Source of the DNA: Paraspadella gotoi
Taxonomy: Eukaryota > Animalia > Chaetognatha
Length of the DNA: 64,000 nucleotides
Direction of reading: 5' to 3'
NCBI GenBank assembly: GCA_051294375.1
Contig: CM119267.1
Span: forward strand, 17,834,992 to 17,898,991
The notes under the pieces were generated by a model that did not search any database, was not told the DNA's origin, and saw only the letters and a program-made list of their open reading frames with translations. Shown piece after piece: positions 42,838 through 56,480 of this stretch. Numbering within the stretch: position 1 is the first letter of the stretch; every line of letters begins with the position of its first letter. A program made the position numbers and the translations under genes.

Positions 42838-45800
42838 TATGGTGGGGGGGGGAACTTCGTCGTCGGAAATCGTTTTCCTTCCGTCGATGATGAACGAGGT
42901 CGAACGTGACGTAGACGAAAGAGGCCGAATCCGAGCCGGAGGTGACCCCGCCTGGAGTGCGGCCCGAATTGAAGTGCGGCGCCCGAACCCGAGTGCGGCG
43001 CCGAACCGGGAGAGCAGAACGCGAGCTGAATCGAGACAGTGAATCAGTCAAAAACTCTAGACGAAAAAAAAAAAAAAAGCTAATCCATCGACCTTTTGTC
43101 GCCCCAAGTCGTGCGTCTACGTCACGAACCACGCCAAAGGTGAATTCGTCAAGCTTAACCACGCCAGCCCTTCCTCCGACGCCGCTTCCTTCCACTGACC
43201 CCCCGCGAAGCTCGTTCTCCGGTTTCAAAAAGGCAGCACGAACGATGGAAGGAAGAAGGTTAATGAATTAACCCCCCGTCGTCGTTGTCGTCGTCGTTGA
43301 AATATTTGTCGTCGTCGTTATCATCGCCAATTTAGTGGTTGTTTTCACACCATCGCAGAGACACGGTCCTCCTTTTCTTAATCTTCACGTTCCAGAAGTC
43401 CAAAAATCAAATCAAATCATATGGTACAAATTGGTATAATAATTATACAATTATACAATATTAATAAATTAAATTATATACAATTATACATTTATTTAAT
43501 AAATAAGCTAGTATCTTGCCCTGACCGATGACAGGCCTTCGTCCCTCTTACACGAATGTTCACATTTGTCACTGTCGTGGAACGTCGGGAATGTCATCGT
43601 CACTTTCCTCTTTCTGCCGTCTCTATGCAGGCATTTATTTTTTTTACGAGAATTCTCCTACCCAAAAAAAACGGTCCACAACGACAACGGCTGGGCCGGA
43701 CTGAAAAATAGAGAAAGCCTTCCATCTCTATTGACTGGGGAGAATCTCTCTCTCTCTCTCACTCTCTCTCTCTCTCTCTCTCTGCCTTTTTCCACCTTGA
43801 ATCTCATGAATGAAATCGGCATACAATCCTTTCTTTTTTTTCTATTGTGGGAAAAGGATAAAAAAAGTCAAAAGAATAAAACGGATATTAACAATATTAA
43901 AGGAATATAAAAAAAAGAAAGAAAAAAATGGAAAGAAGACGGCCGACAACTGATAACCAAAAAAAACTAAATAAAAAGAAAACGAATGAGAAAGGTAAAA
44001 AAAATATGATTTAAGAAAAAGTCGAATTTTGTCGAACTCTTGAGGTCGCTAAGAAAAAAGGAAAAAGAAAGAGAGGAAGAACCCTTTGAGTCAGTTAGAG
44101 TTTTGTTTCGCTTGACAAGAGTTTTATATCGGCTGTCATCTTTCATAACACAATCTTTTTTCCTTTTTTCTTTCTTTCCTTTTCTTTCTCTTTCTTTCCT
44201 TTTTTTCTTTTCTTTTTTTTTTCTTTTCCTTCGCCTCTCATTTCGGCGTCTCCTGTATCTCCTCTCTCTTCCTCCATTCATTCTCGTCGCTCCATAATGA
44301 TGACAAAAGAGTCCCGAACGAATCTTCGAGACTAGAGAGAAAAAAACGGCGCCTAAAGGGAAAAAGTTGCGCTGATTAATAAAAAGAAAAAGCGAGAGAC
44401 AGGGGTCGGCACGCCGCACGCGAGCCGAAAAAGAAAAAGAAAAAGGTGACGCGCCCCATCAATCCGACGAAGGCCGACAGAGGGGGGGACTGATTCCCGC
44501 CGGGTTGCCTCGACGAGAAGGACCAGAAGGAAGTTAAGATAATCTTTGGGCGACCCCGAAAGTCGAGAGCCCGAACTGAAATCGCAACCGAATACGCAAT
44601 TGAAACGCTTTTTTTGCTTCGGACATGTGTCGACGGCATCTCTCTAGCGTTTTGTATTGGCGTTTATATGATATTAATAAATCGTGCTTTTCTGTCCGCT
44701 GCTAAATACACAGTAGTAGCGATAACAGGTAATGAATCACTAGCCGCAAAATATTTAGTTTTGGCTCAGTCGGCGTCACTGCATCCATAACAACTTTACT
44801 GACTATTCTTTTTTATCGACAGAGAGAGAAACCTCGATTTGTTTCGTGAGAAAACGCACACTAAAAAGCACAGAATCTGGGGCCTGAATAAAAATATAGG
44901 TCCATCACACTCGACACTAATCGACAATAATCTAAGGTTAATGGTTTAATGTTCTCTTAAGGCTTACGTACCAAATTGATCAAAATCATGACAAAGTCTA
45001 ATTAATAAGTTCTTCTATTATTTTTATGCTTATTTTTTTGAGGGTGACATTGAACAATTGAGCATTTGATCATCGGAAGGTTTGACTACATTATTATTAT
45101 TATTTAAATTGTACAGTGGTACATTATTAATGCCACACAAAGGTCGTCGAAGAAAAACTTTTGGTGAGAACTAAATCTTATTTTAGTCTAAGTGTAGAAA
45201 TTTACCAGAATATTTACATTTTTTTTAAAAAAATACAAAAATATTTTTAGGTCAAGCAATCGAATTCCGATGGAATAGTAACCTTATTTCCAAAAAAACC
45301 GAGTTTCGGTCTTAATTTTTTTTCGAACTATTTTTTTAATCGTTTTGACCCGGGAATTTCTCTTTCTTTTTTTTACGCTTAAACACATTTTAAAAGAAAA
45401 AAAATCGAATAAATAAAAAAAAGAAGAAAGTCCGAGTCATCCGAAATCATTTCTTTTCCTAAAGATCAACTCTTTTCTTCTGAGACAAAATAGCGGGAAT
45501 TCTCTTTTATTCTTTTTCCGCGAGCAATAAATCCCGTCACAAAGATATCGATCAGATAAATGAAAAAAAAGAGAAACCACACAGAAGAATAAATTAATAA
45601 AAATAAAAAATAGGGAAGAAAAAATAATAATAAAAAAAAAAAACAAAAATAATATTAAAATAAAATAAAAGGAAAAATATAATTACACGATATTACTATC
45701 TCTACATACAAAGGAAAAGAGAATATAATAATAATAGTTCGTTGATCAAGATCGACCAAAAGGTCCACACGTTGAGAAATAGAAAAAAGATAGACACAAA

Positions 45801-48800
45801 ACTCTACAATATATACATACCATACAAATCATACATCTCTCTACTCATCTAACTCTCTCTCTCTACTACTACATAACTACTAAACTCATAACATCATACA
45901 ATATCAATATATACTCTCAATACATACTACTCATACTCTGCCCCCAGATACTCTCGAAGAAAAAAAGAAAAGTAATAAGACTCGTCAAAAGATAACATTA
46001 GACATGACGACCGAATTTTGTGTTAGGTAGAGCCTGTGAAGAATGAGCAAAAAAGTATGAGAGAGAAGAAGTGATAGTGATTATAAAGAAGAGTAAGGTA
46101 AAAGGTCGAGTCAGAAAACAAGAGATTTCAAAGGAAGAAGGAAGAAAAGAGAAGAATTGGAGTGGCGGACGTTTCCAAGCCAGGTTAGGCGTCGAAGCAG
46201 TAAGGCAGCAAGAAGAACAAAGGAAGACCAGAAGCAAGACGCAACAACACAAGAACCAAAACAAAAATTACAATTTCCGGGTGGAATTGTCTCAATGCAA
46301 ACAACCATGAAATCAAACTAGTTAAATATGTCTGGAGATTACAAAGTTGATTACAGATTTCACACGTTTTCTTTTCGTTGTTAGTTATTACGAATAATTC
46401 ACTCGGATTCGATCCCTTGGAAACTTTCGGGTACTATCACAATATCAACTATCACAAAATCAAAAAAGGGTTGGAGGGAGATCCTCACAGTGATCATCGT
46501 TTGAAGCAGAGAAGATCGACATCTGACACCACGTCCTGGCCAGTGAATCCGTTGAAGCGACCCCCCCAGAATATCCATCACTTGCTACCAATCCCATCAC
46601 CGCCGCAGCGAAGAGAAAGTGGATGTGAAAGTGTGAGCGGTAGGATTTTGACATACTTTTAATTCTTCTTCTGTACTCAAATTATGCCTATTTTGAGTAT
46701 TCTTTACTTTTTTAAAAAAAAGATAAAATATGTTTCCAAAATAGGTTTTAAAAATCAAATTATATATGTCTTCGCTTGCAAGATGCGCAAAAATTATTTC
46801 ATTTTAGACGAGCATATTTGTTAATTCGAAAACCAATACGTTTTATTACTATTTTTAATAGTGTAAATTTTCAAGGAATAATTTTTTAAAATGTTTTACA
46901 TAAATAATAAAAAATCAACTTTCAAAAATATGTATTCAAAAATTTAGAAACAGACCACCAACTTATAATTTATTCAGAGTAAAAATGGCTTCATTTTGGC
47001 GCCAATAAATATTGATGTTGAAAGGCATTCATCTAGATTGGAAAGTATGAGCAGCGACCGTGAGATAAATAGTGGATATTGTGGAAGGACACTTGTGGAC
47101 AATCGGGGTTCAGACGTGAACTTCTGTGTGGATTGGTGACTCACGTACTTGGCGCCAAATTCCCCATGATCGTCCTTAATTCCCAAAAGGGAAAAATGGA
47201 GAGTTCTAGAGTCGACGATAGGAAGAAAAGCGAAAAGAGAAGAAGAAAAGAAAAGGGAGGAACATGAAAGAAAAAAGGGAAAAGAGCACAGCAGCGATTC
47301 GCTAGAGCAGAAGCAAAGAGACAAAGGAGACAGACACCAACACCACCGACGCAGCACGACCGTAGAGACCGGAGAGAGAGAGACCGAGAGATGACTTAGA
47401 GAGAGAGAGAGAGAGAATGGGAAAGCGAATGAAGGAAAATACCACCGGCAAAGTTCGTTTTTTTTCCTCAGGCAAAGTTATGAGAATTGGAAGGTACTCG
47501 CTGAAATGTGTATTTTTTCTAATCTTACCCAGGAAAAAGACTTGTCTCTTTAGATAAAGAAGTTCACTGTCAAAAAGAAAATTAAGAACTTGCACAGACC
47601 CAACAACAACTGATCCTTTCTGAAACAAAACGGTATAAGTCTTACTAAAAATTCTAAAGTCATACAAAAAAAGGGAAAAGATTAGATATTCGAAATCCCG
47701 AATTCGACGCACATTATTTTCAAAATAATCTCCTTCCCATCTGCTTATCAATTCATCATCCATAAATTATTTTTTTCTTTTTTCCCCATTTTATTTGCTA
47801 ATATTACCTCTACAAATCCAATATCACTGCTTTTAACCTTTACCGGCCGTTTTTTTTTACTTTCCTCACATATCCGATTTCAAATTCCGATTTTTTTTCC
47901 TTTTCGTTTCTCCTTCGTCTGTTTCCTTTTCGATTTCATATTCGCCATGTTTATGTATATTTTTTTTCTTTCTATGTCCTTACCTTTTTCAATTAATTTT
48001 TCTCATTATCTTGATGCGTAAAGTGACTATGAATTTTTCACTATTCTCGACATGATTTAATATACAGACCGACTTTCACCCTGTTAATGGTTAAGCCGCT
48101 TCCCCGAAAAGAACTATTTTTTAACGGGTCGGCATACCATTGCTTCCATTGCCACGAACGATTTACCTTCTTTATCAACGAACATTAAACTCCAAAGAAC
48201 GCGGCGATATCGTCAATATTAACAAAGAGCAAAAAAAAATCGTACCGTAAGAAGCAGCCCGAAAACAAGAGTAAGCTGCCAAGCCAGCGCAGCTCCAGCG
48301 AAGTGGGAAAAATCCAAAAAATCCGTGTGTTCATTTTTCTTTCTTTTTTTTTTTTTAACTAATTATTATCCTGAAAAAGAGCTTATAAATCCTTTTATGT
48401 GAGTACTTTATTTTTTTCTTTAATATTTTGTTTCTTTTGTTTTTTTTTAAAGTATGTAATTGTAATCGCTTTTTTACGTACGTTTTCCAAAATTTTGCCG
48501 AGTAGCTTTTTTTTCTTGGTTTTGATGTTGATCAATTGTGCTTTTGTTTTGGTTGAATAGTCATTGTTGTTTATTGCCAGAGATTATCTAGTTGTTTTTT
48601 TGTTGTTGTTGTTTTCCTTGTCGTTGTTCTTTTTCCTACGGATTCTGCCTTTTCTCCGCTCCATGATTTTTTTCTCTTTGGTCAGTGATTCCGGCCGAGA
48701 AACGGAGTGAGGGAGAGAGAGAGAGAGAAGAGAGGAAAGAGAGAGAGAGAGAGAAGAAGAGATGATGAGAGAGAGAGAGAGAGAGAGAGCTCTTTCAATC

Positions 48801-48916
48801 GGCAGGATGCACGCTTAAACGCGAGCAAATGGGAAGATGTGTAAGTTGGAACTGGGAGCGATAAGCGACGATAACGTAAGGGAAAAAAAAAAGAATGAGA
48901 GAGAGGAGAAGAGGAC

Positions 48917-48969
<53 letters not shown>

Positions 48970-49255
48970 GGAGAGAAATACAGAGACTGGGCGGAATGAG
49001 GTAGAAAATTGAATTCTCGATTTACTGGAAAACGATTAGGCGAGCAACTTTTGACATGAGACATGTTTCGCACGGAATTCAACTTCTTCTTTTTTCTCCC
49101 CGATTTTTGACGGATGCGAAATACTTTTTCTTTTATCCTCATTTTGTTCCTTTTGTTTTTTTATATTTCATTCTTTTCTTCCGAACGAGCGATCGAACGT
49201 ACAAAACAAAAAAGAGCAGGAAGCCTCCTGGCGGCGAATAGAGTTTAGGCTTCGG

Positions 49256-49873
49256 TTAGTGGAAAATGGATGAATTTTTTTTTTCGGATTTTTTCTTTTC
49301 GCGACGACGAAAGTCGCTTTTCCTTTCAATTAGCGCAGCTGCTCCGTTCGCGCCGTCGATAGACTGCGATAACGTTTCCGTGCTTTTTCCATTTGCGGTT
49401 TCCTGCTTTTTTTTCCGCTGTTTCCTAAGATTAGCCGCTTTATTCACTGCTGAATTATATATGATCTTTCGTGGCTTTATCTGCAGCTTATTGTAGTTTT
49501 TTAGTTTAAACAATTCATTCTTTGATTTTCGTTTTGACCCGATTATTTATTTATTTCACTTTTCTGCTTTAATTACGTTATGCTTATTCGGAGCTTCAAT
49601 TATTTCGCTTTATATTTTCATGAGCATTAATCCGTTAATTTTGTTAAAAAATGGCGTTTTGGCTTTCGAAATACGCGCAGCTTCAGTGTTCAATCGCTAC
49701 AGCCGCTCTATCGCAGATAACGTGACGCTCGTTTTGATTAACAATACCACGCTCTCATTAAGCGTAATTTGTTGCCATGTTGATACTACATCAGCAGCTG
49801 TGCAGGCAAGCAATTTACGTGTGTGGTATTCACGTCAAACAATAAGATCCAGCGGAGTAGAAGATATGTAAAC
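49256..49873 (-). CDS. Possible terminal exon of the minus-strand gene, disrupted by stops or frameshifts
   Basis: CTTACAG acceptor at 49874-49880 followed by protein-like non-repetitive sequence; 85-aa ORF ending at 49256. Confidence 0.25.
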
Positions 49874-50426
49874 CTGTAAGAAAAGAGCTTTTTCATTCCT
49901 ACCGTGATAACGATCGGATAAAACAATAGTATTTTTATTGTTAACAAAATTTTTTTCGTAAAAAAAAAGAAGAGAAAGTTCGAGACGTTATCCGTGACAG
50001 ACCGCCGTCTTCTTTCCTCCGCTGGATTCTTTATTTTTTTCTTTCTAGTATTTTTTTTACGATAGCAGAGAAGAGAGAAGAGAGAGAGAGAGAAGAGAAG
50101 AGAGAAGAGAGAGAGAGAGAGAAGAGAGAGAGAAGAGGAAGATGCGAATAGTTATGGAGACAGAGGGAATCAATAACGCCGACGCTGCAGCGACGAACAA
50201 CGAGACGACGCAACGATCGAAGCGACACGACGACGACACGACGACGAACGACGACACGATGCGACCGACACGACGCGAGACGACGACGACGAGAAGATGT
50301 CTGACGCAAAAACGCCGGCGACGAAAACGACGGACGTCAACGCCCGAATTGTCGACTTCAGTCCGTTTTTTTCTTTCTTATTTTTTATCCTACCTATTTC
50401 TTATATCTCTCTTTTCTCCTTTTTTC

Positions 50427-50457
<31 letters not shown>

Positions 50458-52045
50458 TCTCATCTTTCTTCTTCTTTCTTTCTTCTTTATTCCTCACTCC
50501 CTTTTCTCGATATTTTTCCTTTCCCTCATCTTTTCTCTCTCCCTCCGGTGTTAAATTATGTAATGATTAATGAGTAATGCGGTTAATGCTGCCTCGATGC
50601 TACAAAATATCTGAACCGGATTTCTGCTTTTTTCTTTATAATATAAGTATATAAGTAATATCATAGAAACGATGCTACATGATTGTTCCTTTGTTTATAC
50701 ATATCGTTCCCCGGGAAACGGTATTCGCCCTCTTGAGTGAAGTTTAATACGCAGAACCAAAAAAGTCCGGTGGGATTTGCTGAGCTTTACAATGAAATTA
50801 ATTGAATTTCAGCGATAAACTAGTTGTATATTTTGATAATTTTCAGTCTCAAGCTCCCGTTAAAAAAGTTCCTTCTGAATTCTACATCGTATCTCGATGA
50901 GGATTATGCATATAATTCAACGAAAAAAAAATGGTAGATATCACCATAATTTTAATCGACAGTACAATAAAAAATAAATATCGAGTAAAAATGTTTAAAA
51001 TCAATAGCTTATGAACAAAAAGACACAGTTAATTTACAGATGGAATAAACTTTGGTAGCGAATCATGGAATAATATTTGCGAAACAGACGAGAAGTCTTT
51101 TCTCATTTAAATACTAAATCTAAATCAAATATAGAACTTAAAAAAAAATAATTATTCTAGAGTAAAATTGGAAAGAATTTAAAATATCTCTCGGTAGTGA
51201 TAATATTACAATGCCGTGGTTCTTCCTCAAGCTCACTTTTTGCATCGCTCCTTCACCTCCCCGCCCTCCCCCACCGCCCTTCCCTAGCTGTCATTGCAAT
51301 TACTTTCTTTTGTGCCCTTTCCAAACGCACTGTACCTACGATAGTATTACGTAAGTTTAAAAACTCACATTGAAAAACTCAAAATATTTCTAAAATGTTA
51401 ATCCGCCCCCACCCCCAAAAAAAAAATTTCGCTACCACCGGCCCCGCCGTCCATTTTCCCGCGGCTGCCGACTACGCGCCCACCGCCACGCCCATCAGTC
51501 CGCCCGCCGTTCTCCCGCGCCGTTCCCGCCGCCCTTTCCCCTCGCCCCAACCCCGACTTCTTCGTCGGCTCCGCTTCGCTGTGTTTTCTGCACGCGAAAG
51601 ACACCGGTGTTTGCGATTCGTTTCCGGCGCCGCAACGTAGAGCCGAAATGGCTCGCTCGCGGCGCGACGACGAAGGGGCGGCCGTTCGTACCCGGAGGCA
51701 CGGAGGAAGGAGCGGCGAGGCGCGGGGAGGCTAGCCTTGTTGAGAACGGCGTCGTGGAGGAGATGAAGAGGAGGATTGTCCGCGTCAGCGTCGCGCGTTT
51801 TCTCGACCGACGACCCGGCGTCGTTTCGACGGCCCCTCTACCTCTTCTTCAACGCCGTCTCATCGTCCTTCCGGCGTCTTCATCCTCGACGTCTTCACTT
51901 TCGGGCGTCGTTCGTCTTGACGTCGTTCTCTCGGTCACCAACGGCGCGTCGCCTCTTCATCTTCTTCCTCTTCCTCTCTCTCCTCTCCTCCTCTTCCTCC
52001 TCTTAGTCTCCTTGCCGCCTCCCACCAACTCCTCTTTCTCCTCCT

Positions 52046-52559
52046 CTCATTCACCTCCTTCACTTCCTCCTCTTCTCTTTCCTCCACCTTCTGTCTTTCC
52101 ACTGATAACGATCTTCACGGTTCGCCTCGTGTTCGCAGTCGAGGCTGAATCCTTCGCCGAGTCGAAGACAGAATATCGTCCGTGCCAGATATTGAGGGGA
52201 TGGTGGACGCGATCTGATGAGTGGTTGGGGAGGGTGGAAAATGAGGAGAGGAAGGTGGAGGGATTCGTTTAAAAAAAAAGAAGAACGGAGAGTGTAAAAC
52301 TAAATTTTTAATAAATACGAAACTATGAAAACGACCGCATTTGAGCAGTGTTAGTTTCTCTTACATATATATACTATAATATATATTACTCTAAATAAAG
52401 ATATAACATAAATATAATATAGAGGGAAATTTATTAAATTCTTACATTTATTTAAAATTTGAATATAAATTATTAAAATTTATTAAATTCTTACATTATT
52501 TTAAAATTTTAAAGTCTAATTATAAACAAGTAATCTTGCAATTTTCATATCTTCTCACC

Positions 52560-52607
<48 letters not shown>

Positions 52608-54210
52608 CTCTCGAGAATAACAACGACAACGAGAAACAACACCTTTATGAGCGGACACTCTCAACTCTCTTCCGTCTCGGTGTTCGTCGCGAACACTTGA
52701 GAATTGTGCCTCCAGGCCTTCCTGGCGAAGAGTTCCCCGTCGTGTGAGCGTCTCGCAGTCGTCGACTCGTCGGCGGCGCGCCGCAAGGGAGTAGTCGAGC
52801 ATCCGGCGGGCGACTCGGCCCGCCAAGCACTACCACTCGAACGGCGCGTGTTCGAGCACGACGGCATTCCTCGTCGGCCAACTGGGGAGCGCTCTCCGTC
52901 CGTAGACACGTGACGATATGTGCAAGCCCGTGGGCAGAGCTGGAGAGGAGACGTTACCGATGACGCGCGGTCTCGTGTTTAGCGATCGAGTGCGGAGCGG
53001 AAGAAGTGAGGTCTGTCGGTGGGGGGGGAAGAAGAGGAATTTGATGAAATTTGAAGCAGGTTGAATAAGATGAAACCATAGTTTGTTTGCAAAAAATTAA
53101 TATTAAAGCAAAAAATTTGTTTCTTCGTTATTATTATGTTATACTTATTTATTAGTAAATATTAACAAAATAATTTTGTACATTTCTATTTGTTTGAATT
53201 TTTTTTTTTTTTTTTTTTATTTGTTATGTGATTAACATTTTTTTTTAAAATTAAATTCAATTAAAGTTTTTCAAATATATAATCTTTCACTTCGTCGCAT
53301 TGTCTCCTGATGGATCCCACTCACCCCCCCCCCCCACCCAACCAAAATCCGAATCCTGTCTCTAATCGCCACCCTTCTCGCGACATCGGCGACGCGAAAT
53401 CGATCTGCTCGCGGATTGCCGACGTCTCGACGCTGCCCGAACTCTCCTCCGACGCCGCGACGATTTGCCCCCGGCGCTCCAAGTTCATAGCAGGAGGCAC
53501 GTGATTCGAAGGGTGGAGAGCGCAGTGAGGCCGTTGTTGAGACGTGAGGGAAGACGCAGCGTGAAGTTGCGCTGAGTAGGCGAGGAGGAAAAAAATGGGT
53601 TAGGGGATGAGGTGAGTTGGTAAGTTGATATATGCAGACAAACAAAACAAAAAAAGAAACCATAAACACTAAAAAGTTTGCTATTACTCTCTCTCTCTCT
53701 CTTTTCTCTCTCTCTCTCTCTCTCTCTCTTTCTTCTCTCTCTCTCTCTCTCTCTCTCCTCTCTCCTCTCCCACCTCCGTCCACTTCCTTTAAGACCGAGA
53801 AATTCTTCCTGACGACATCTAGTCTTTCCCTGATCGAACTCGTCCACTGGAGTCCCGAGATTCCACGACCCGAATCCCGCGTCCGATCTGAGAACGGCGC
53901 CGATCGCTTCGCCGTACTCCACGAAGCCTGGAAGGGGATGTAGCAGGTACCGAGGGAATCTTGATTGGCGAGCGCGGCAGAGATGGAAAGTAGGGCGTGA
54001 AGCATAAAAAAACGTGTGATTTGACGAAGACTATTCCCCATTAAAACTAGGACTCCTGATCCCCGACGCCCCACCTGTCCAAATCCTTTGCGATCGCGCG
54101 CGGGCCCGCAAAACCCTCGGGGTCGTAAGACGACGACCCTGTAGACAGATCATCGTCGCCCGCGATTATGTTCGCACTCGTACCTTCGCCGCCTACGCCA
54201 GGTTGCCGAG
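52046..54210 (-). CDS. Multi-exon protein-coding gene, product unknown (exons 54210-54075, 53959-53774, 53571-53373, 53012-52643, 52213 onward)
   Basis: Four consecutive GT-AG introns join in phase (…AKDLDR/FPRYLLHPLPGFVEYGEAIGAV…GSGR/SATSRCVFPH…VARR/TSLLPLR…VSAHK/DRVHHPLNIWHGRYSVFDS…). One in-frame TAG at 52830-52832 and later frameshifts occur in error-prone sequence. GC-rich exons sit in an AT/AG-rich background. Confidence 0.55.
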
Positions 54211-54758
54211 CTTGGAAATTTGATGGATTAAATAGTATTAATGGGAATTGCGGATTCAATTAAAGAGTAAGATTACGGACTGATATTTCGAACCAAACGG
54301 AATTATAATGAATAAGTGATTCCTGTTTTCTGGCGTCACCGACGAGATGATTGCGGCGGAAGTCGGGGCATACGCTCCTGTGGGAATATATATAAATTTA
54401 GAAAATGTTGGTTTTATTATTATTCTCCGAGTAGATGTTTGTTCATTAATGATTTGCAACAAGCAGGTTGTTCATTAAAATAGATTTGTCTTGACATGTG
54501 ACAAAACCCGAAATGAGAATTAAATAATTCTGAGATAATATGATTTTTATTTTTAATTTGGCAATTATTTTCAGAGACTAGTTATGTGAATGTTATTTAT
54601 ATGCACCTTTGAGGGTCTCTGAAGTCATGCTACTAATTAAAATAAATCATGTTATCTCCAGAATATTTTGTTTTAATTCCTTTTATTGGCATCGTAAGAC
54701 AAATCAATTTCTCTCAACATCTCATCAAAATTTGAAAACAATATTTCTTCTTTAAGCC

Positions 54759-54860
54759 TTTTTATCGAGCCTTGACCGGCGAAGCCGGGTCAGGCTTCTA
54801 TAATTTTTTAGGGTTGTTCTTGTGACGTCCGTCGTCGTCGTCGTCGTCGTGTCACCGCTG
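54759..54860 (+). mobile_element. 5' end of a second HINE/Helentron-like family
   Basis: T-run then hairpin GAGCCTTGACCGGC-GAA-GCCGGGTCAGGCTT, CTAT, then a GTCC(GTC)n microsatellite; 3' end not located. Confidence 0.5.
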
Positions 54861-55374
54861 TTTTCATATATTAAAAACTACTACGTTTGTATAGTTTGGC
54901 TTGACTTACCTGTTTTTTTAAAATAAAAATATTATGAATTATGATAAAGTTTTACAAAAGTGTCGATCATAGAAGTTAAATATTTAACGATATGGCTTTT
55001 ATTTGAAATAGCTGTATATTTCATATTACATTTGGATTTAAGTATTTTGTTTGAATTTCCACTTCATTATGAGTTTACTGCAATTATGCAAATGAGATTA
55101 TAGTACTCATTATAATATCCAATTAGTATATAGAATGCTTAAGTAATTTTACATATTGCAGTATATATTTGAAGATGAATTCAAAAAATTTTTTTAAATT
55201 CTAATATAAATGGAACTCAAAGGATTTTTAATGCAGAAGCTTATATCTTAATTTAGATACAAAATAAAAATAAATATCTTTTACAAGCTGCATTGAAAAA
55301 ATTGGAAAATTTCCATTGTAACCATAACAGTTTTTGCCTTCTTTTATTTATGTTTTTTATTATATATATTTTTT

Positions 55375-55958
55375 AGGCCGCCTTTCTGAATCGTTTAAAA
55401 CGAGTTCAGTTTCTCTCTGTCTCTCTTTGTGTGCGATCTCTTGCGTATCTTTTCGTTTGTTGAAAAATTCTGATTTTTTTTCTTTCAAAACATAATATAT
55501 ATTGATCAGGCGCTGCCTTTTCTGAATCGTTTAAAAAAACGATTCAGCTCTCCTCTCTCTCCCTCCGTCTCCCTCCGTCTCTCTCTCTCCTCTCCTCTCC
55601 TCTCTCTCCTCTCTCTCTTTTTTTTTTACAAAAAAAATTATTTACTTGTTTACCACCTTTTTTGAAAAAATTCTTATTATTTCTTTCCTTCTAAAAACTT
55701 TTATATCCCATTTATCCGCGCTTCTTTCTCAATACAAAACCCAAATTTACATCTGATTTTCGTGATTTTTTTTGGAGAAATGTTGAAGAAACTAACTTCA
55801 CGCTGGATTCTGCCGTTCGGGGCACGATAAACATTCGGAAATGACTAATAACGCGTTACGCTGTATAAAAAAAATCAACTTGACCGAGTCACTGCGATAT
55901 ATAAACAAGAGTGACCTAACTATTGCGTATCGTTGGCGGAAACTTTTCTCCTCTCTCT

Positions 55959-55990
<32 letters not shown>

Positions 55991-55993
55991 CTC

Positions 55994-56034
<41 letters not shown>

Positions 56035-56480
56035 ACTTACTCTCTCTCTTTTTTTTTTAAACAAAAATTTATTCACTTGTAACGAGTAACACGTGTTCCG
56101 GCTCTCTCTCTCTCTCTCTCTCTCTCTTCTATCTATCTTCTCTCTATCTGTCTCTCTCTCTCTTTCTCTCTTTCTATCTCTTTTTTTTGTACAAAATATT
56201 TTTTAGTCACCTTTTTTACCTTCCGTCACTGCGCACGATAAACGAGTTCCGGCTCTCTCTATTCTCTCTCTCTCTCTCTTTTTTATTTTTACAAAAAAAA
56301 TTTTTAGTCACTTTTTTTCACCTCTCTCTCTTCTCTCTCTCTCGGTTCTCTTTCTATGTACACCGTTCTTTTTTGAAAAATTTCTTATTATTTTTCCTGT
56401 TTAAAAACTTTTATTATCGCCATTTATTTTTTTTTCTCTATTACAAAATCCCAAATTACATCCGAGATTTTCGATAGTCC
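55375..56480 (+). repeat. Composite degenerate tandem modules
   Basis: Repeated blocks GCCTTTCTGAATCGTTTAAAA (x2), ACGAGTTCMG+(CT)n, TTTTACAAAAAAATT, TTTTGAAAAATTCTTATTA…CCCAAATTACATC (x2), CACTGCG…ATAAAC. Confidence 0.65.

Larger units (their letters stand above)
37878..47600 (+). repeat. Direct copy of ~17818-19672 plus ~23633-29015, with gaps at 39041-39188, 39736-40115 and 41725-41749
   Basis: Collinear match throughout; carries the Mutator-like insertion; the hAT site falls inside the 380-N gap. Confidence 0.93.

Noticed and set aside
52643-53012. Resemblance of VVLEHAPF to ionotropic glutamate receptor S1 motifs
   Set aside because: Flanking diagnostic motifs such as GYCIDLL are absent, so the match is too weak to name
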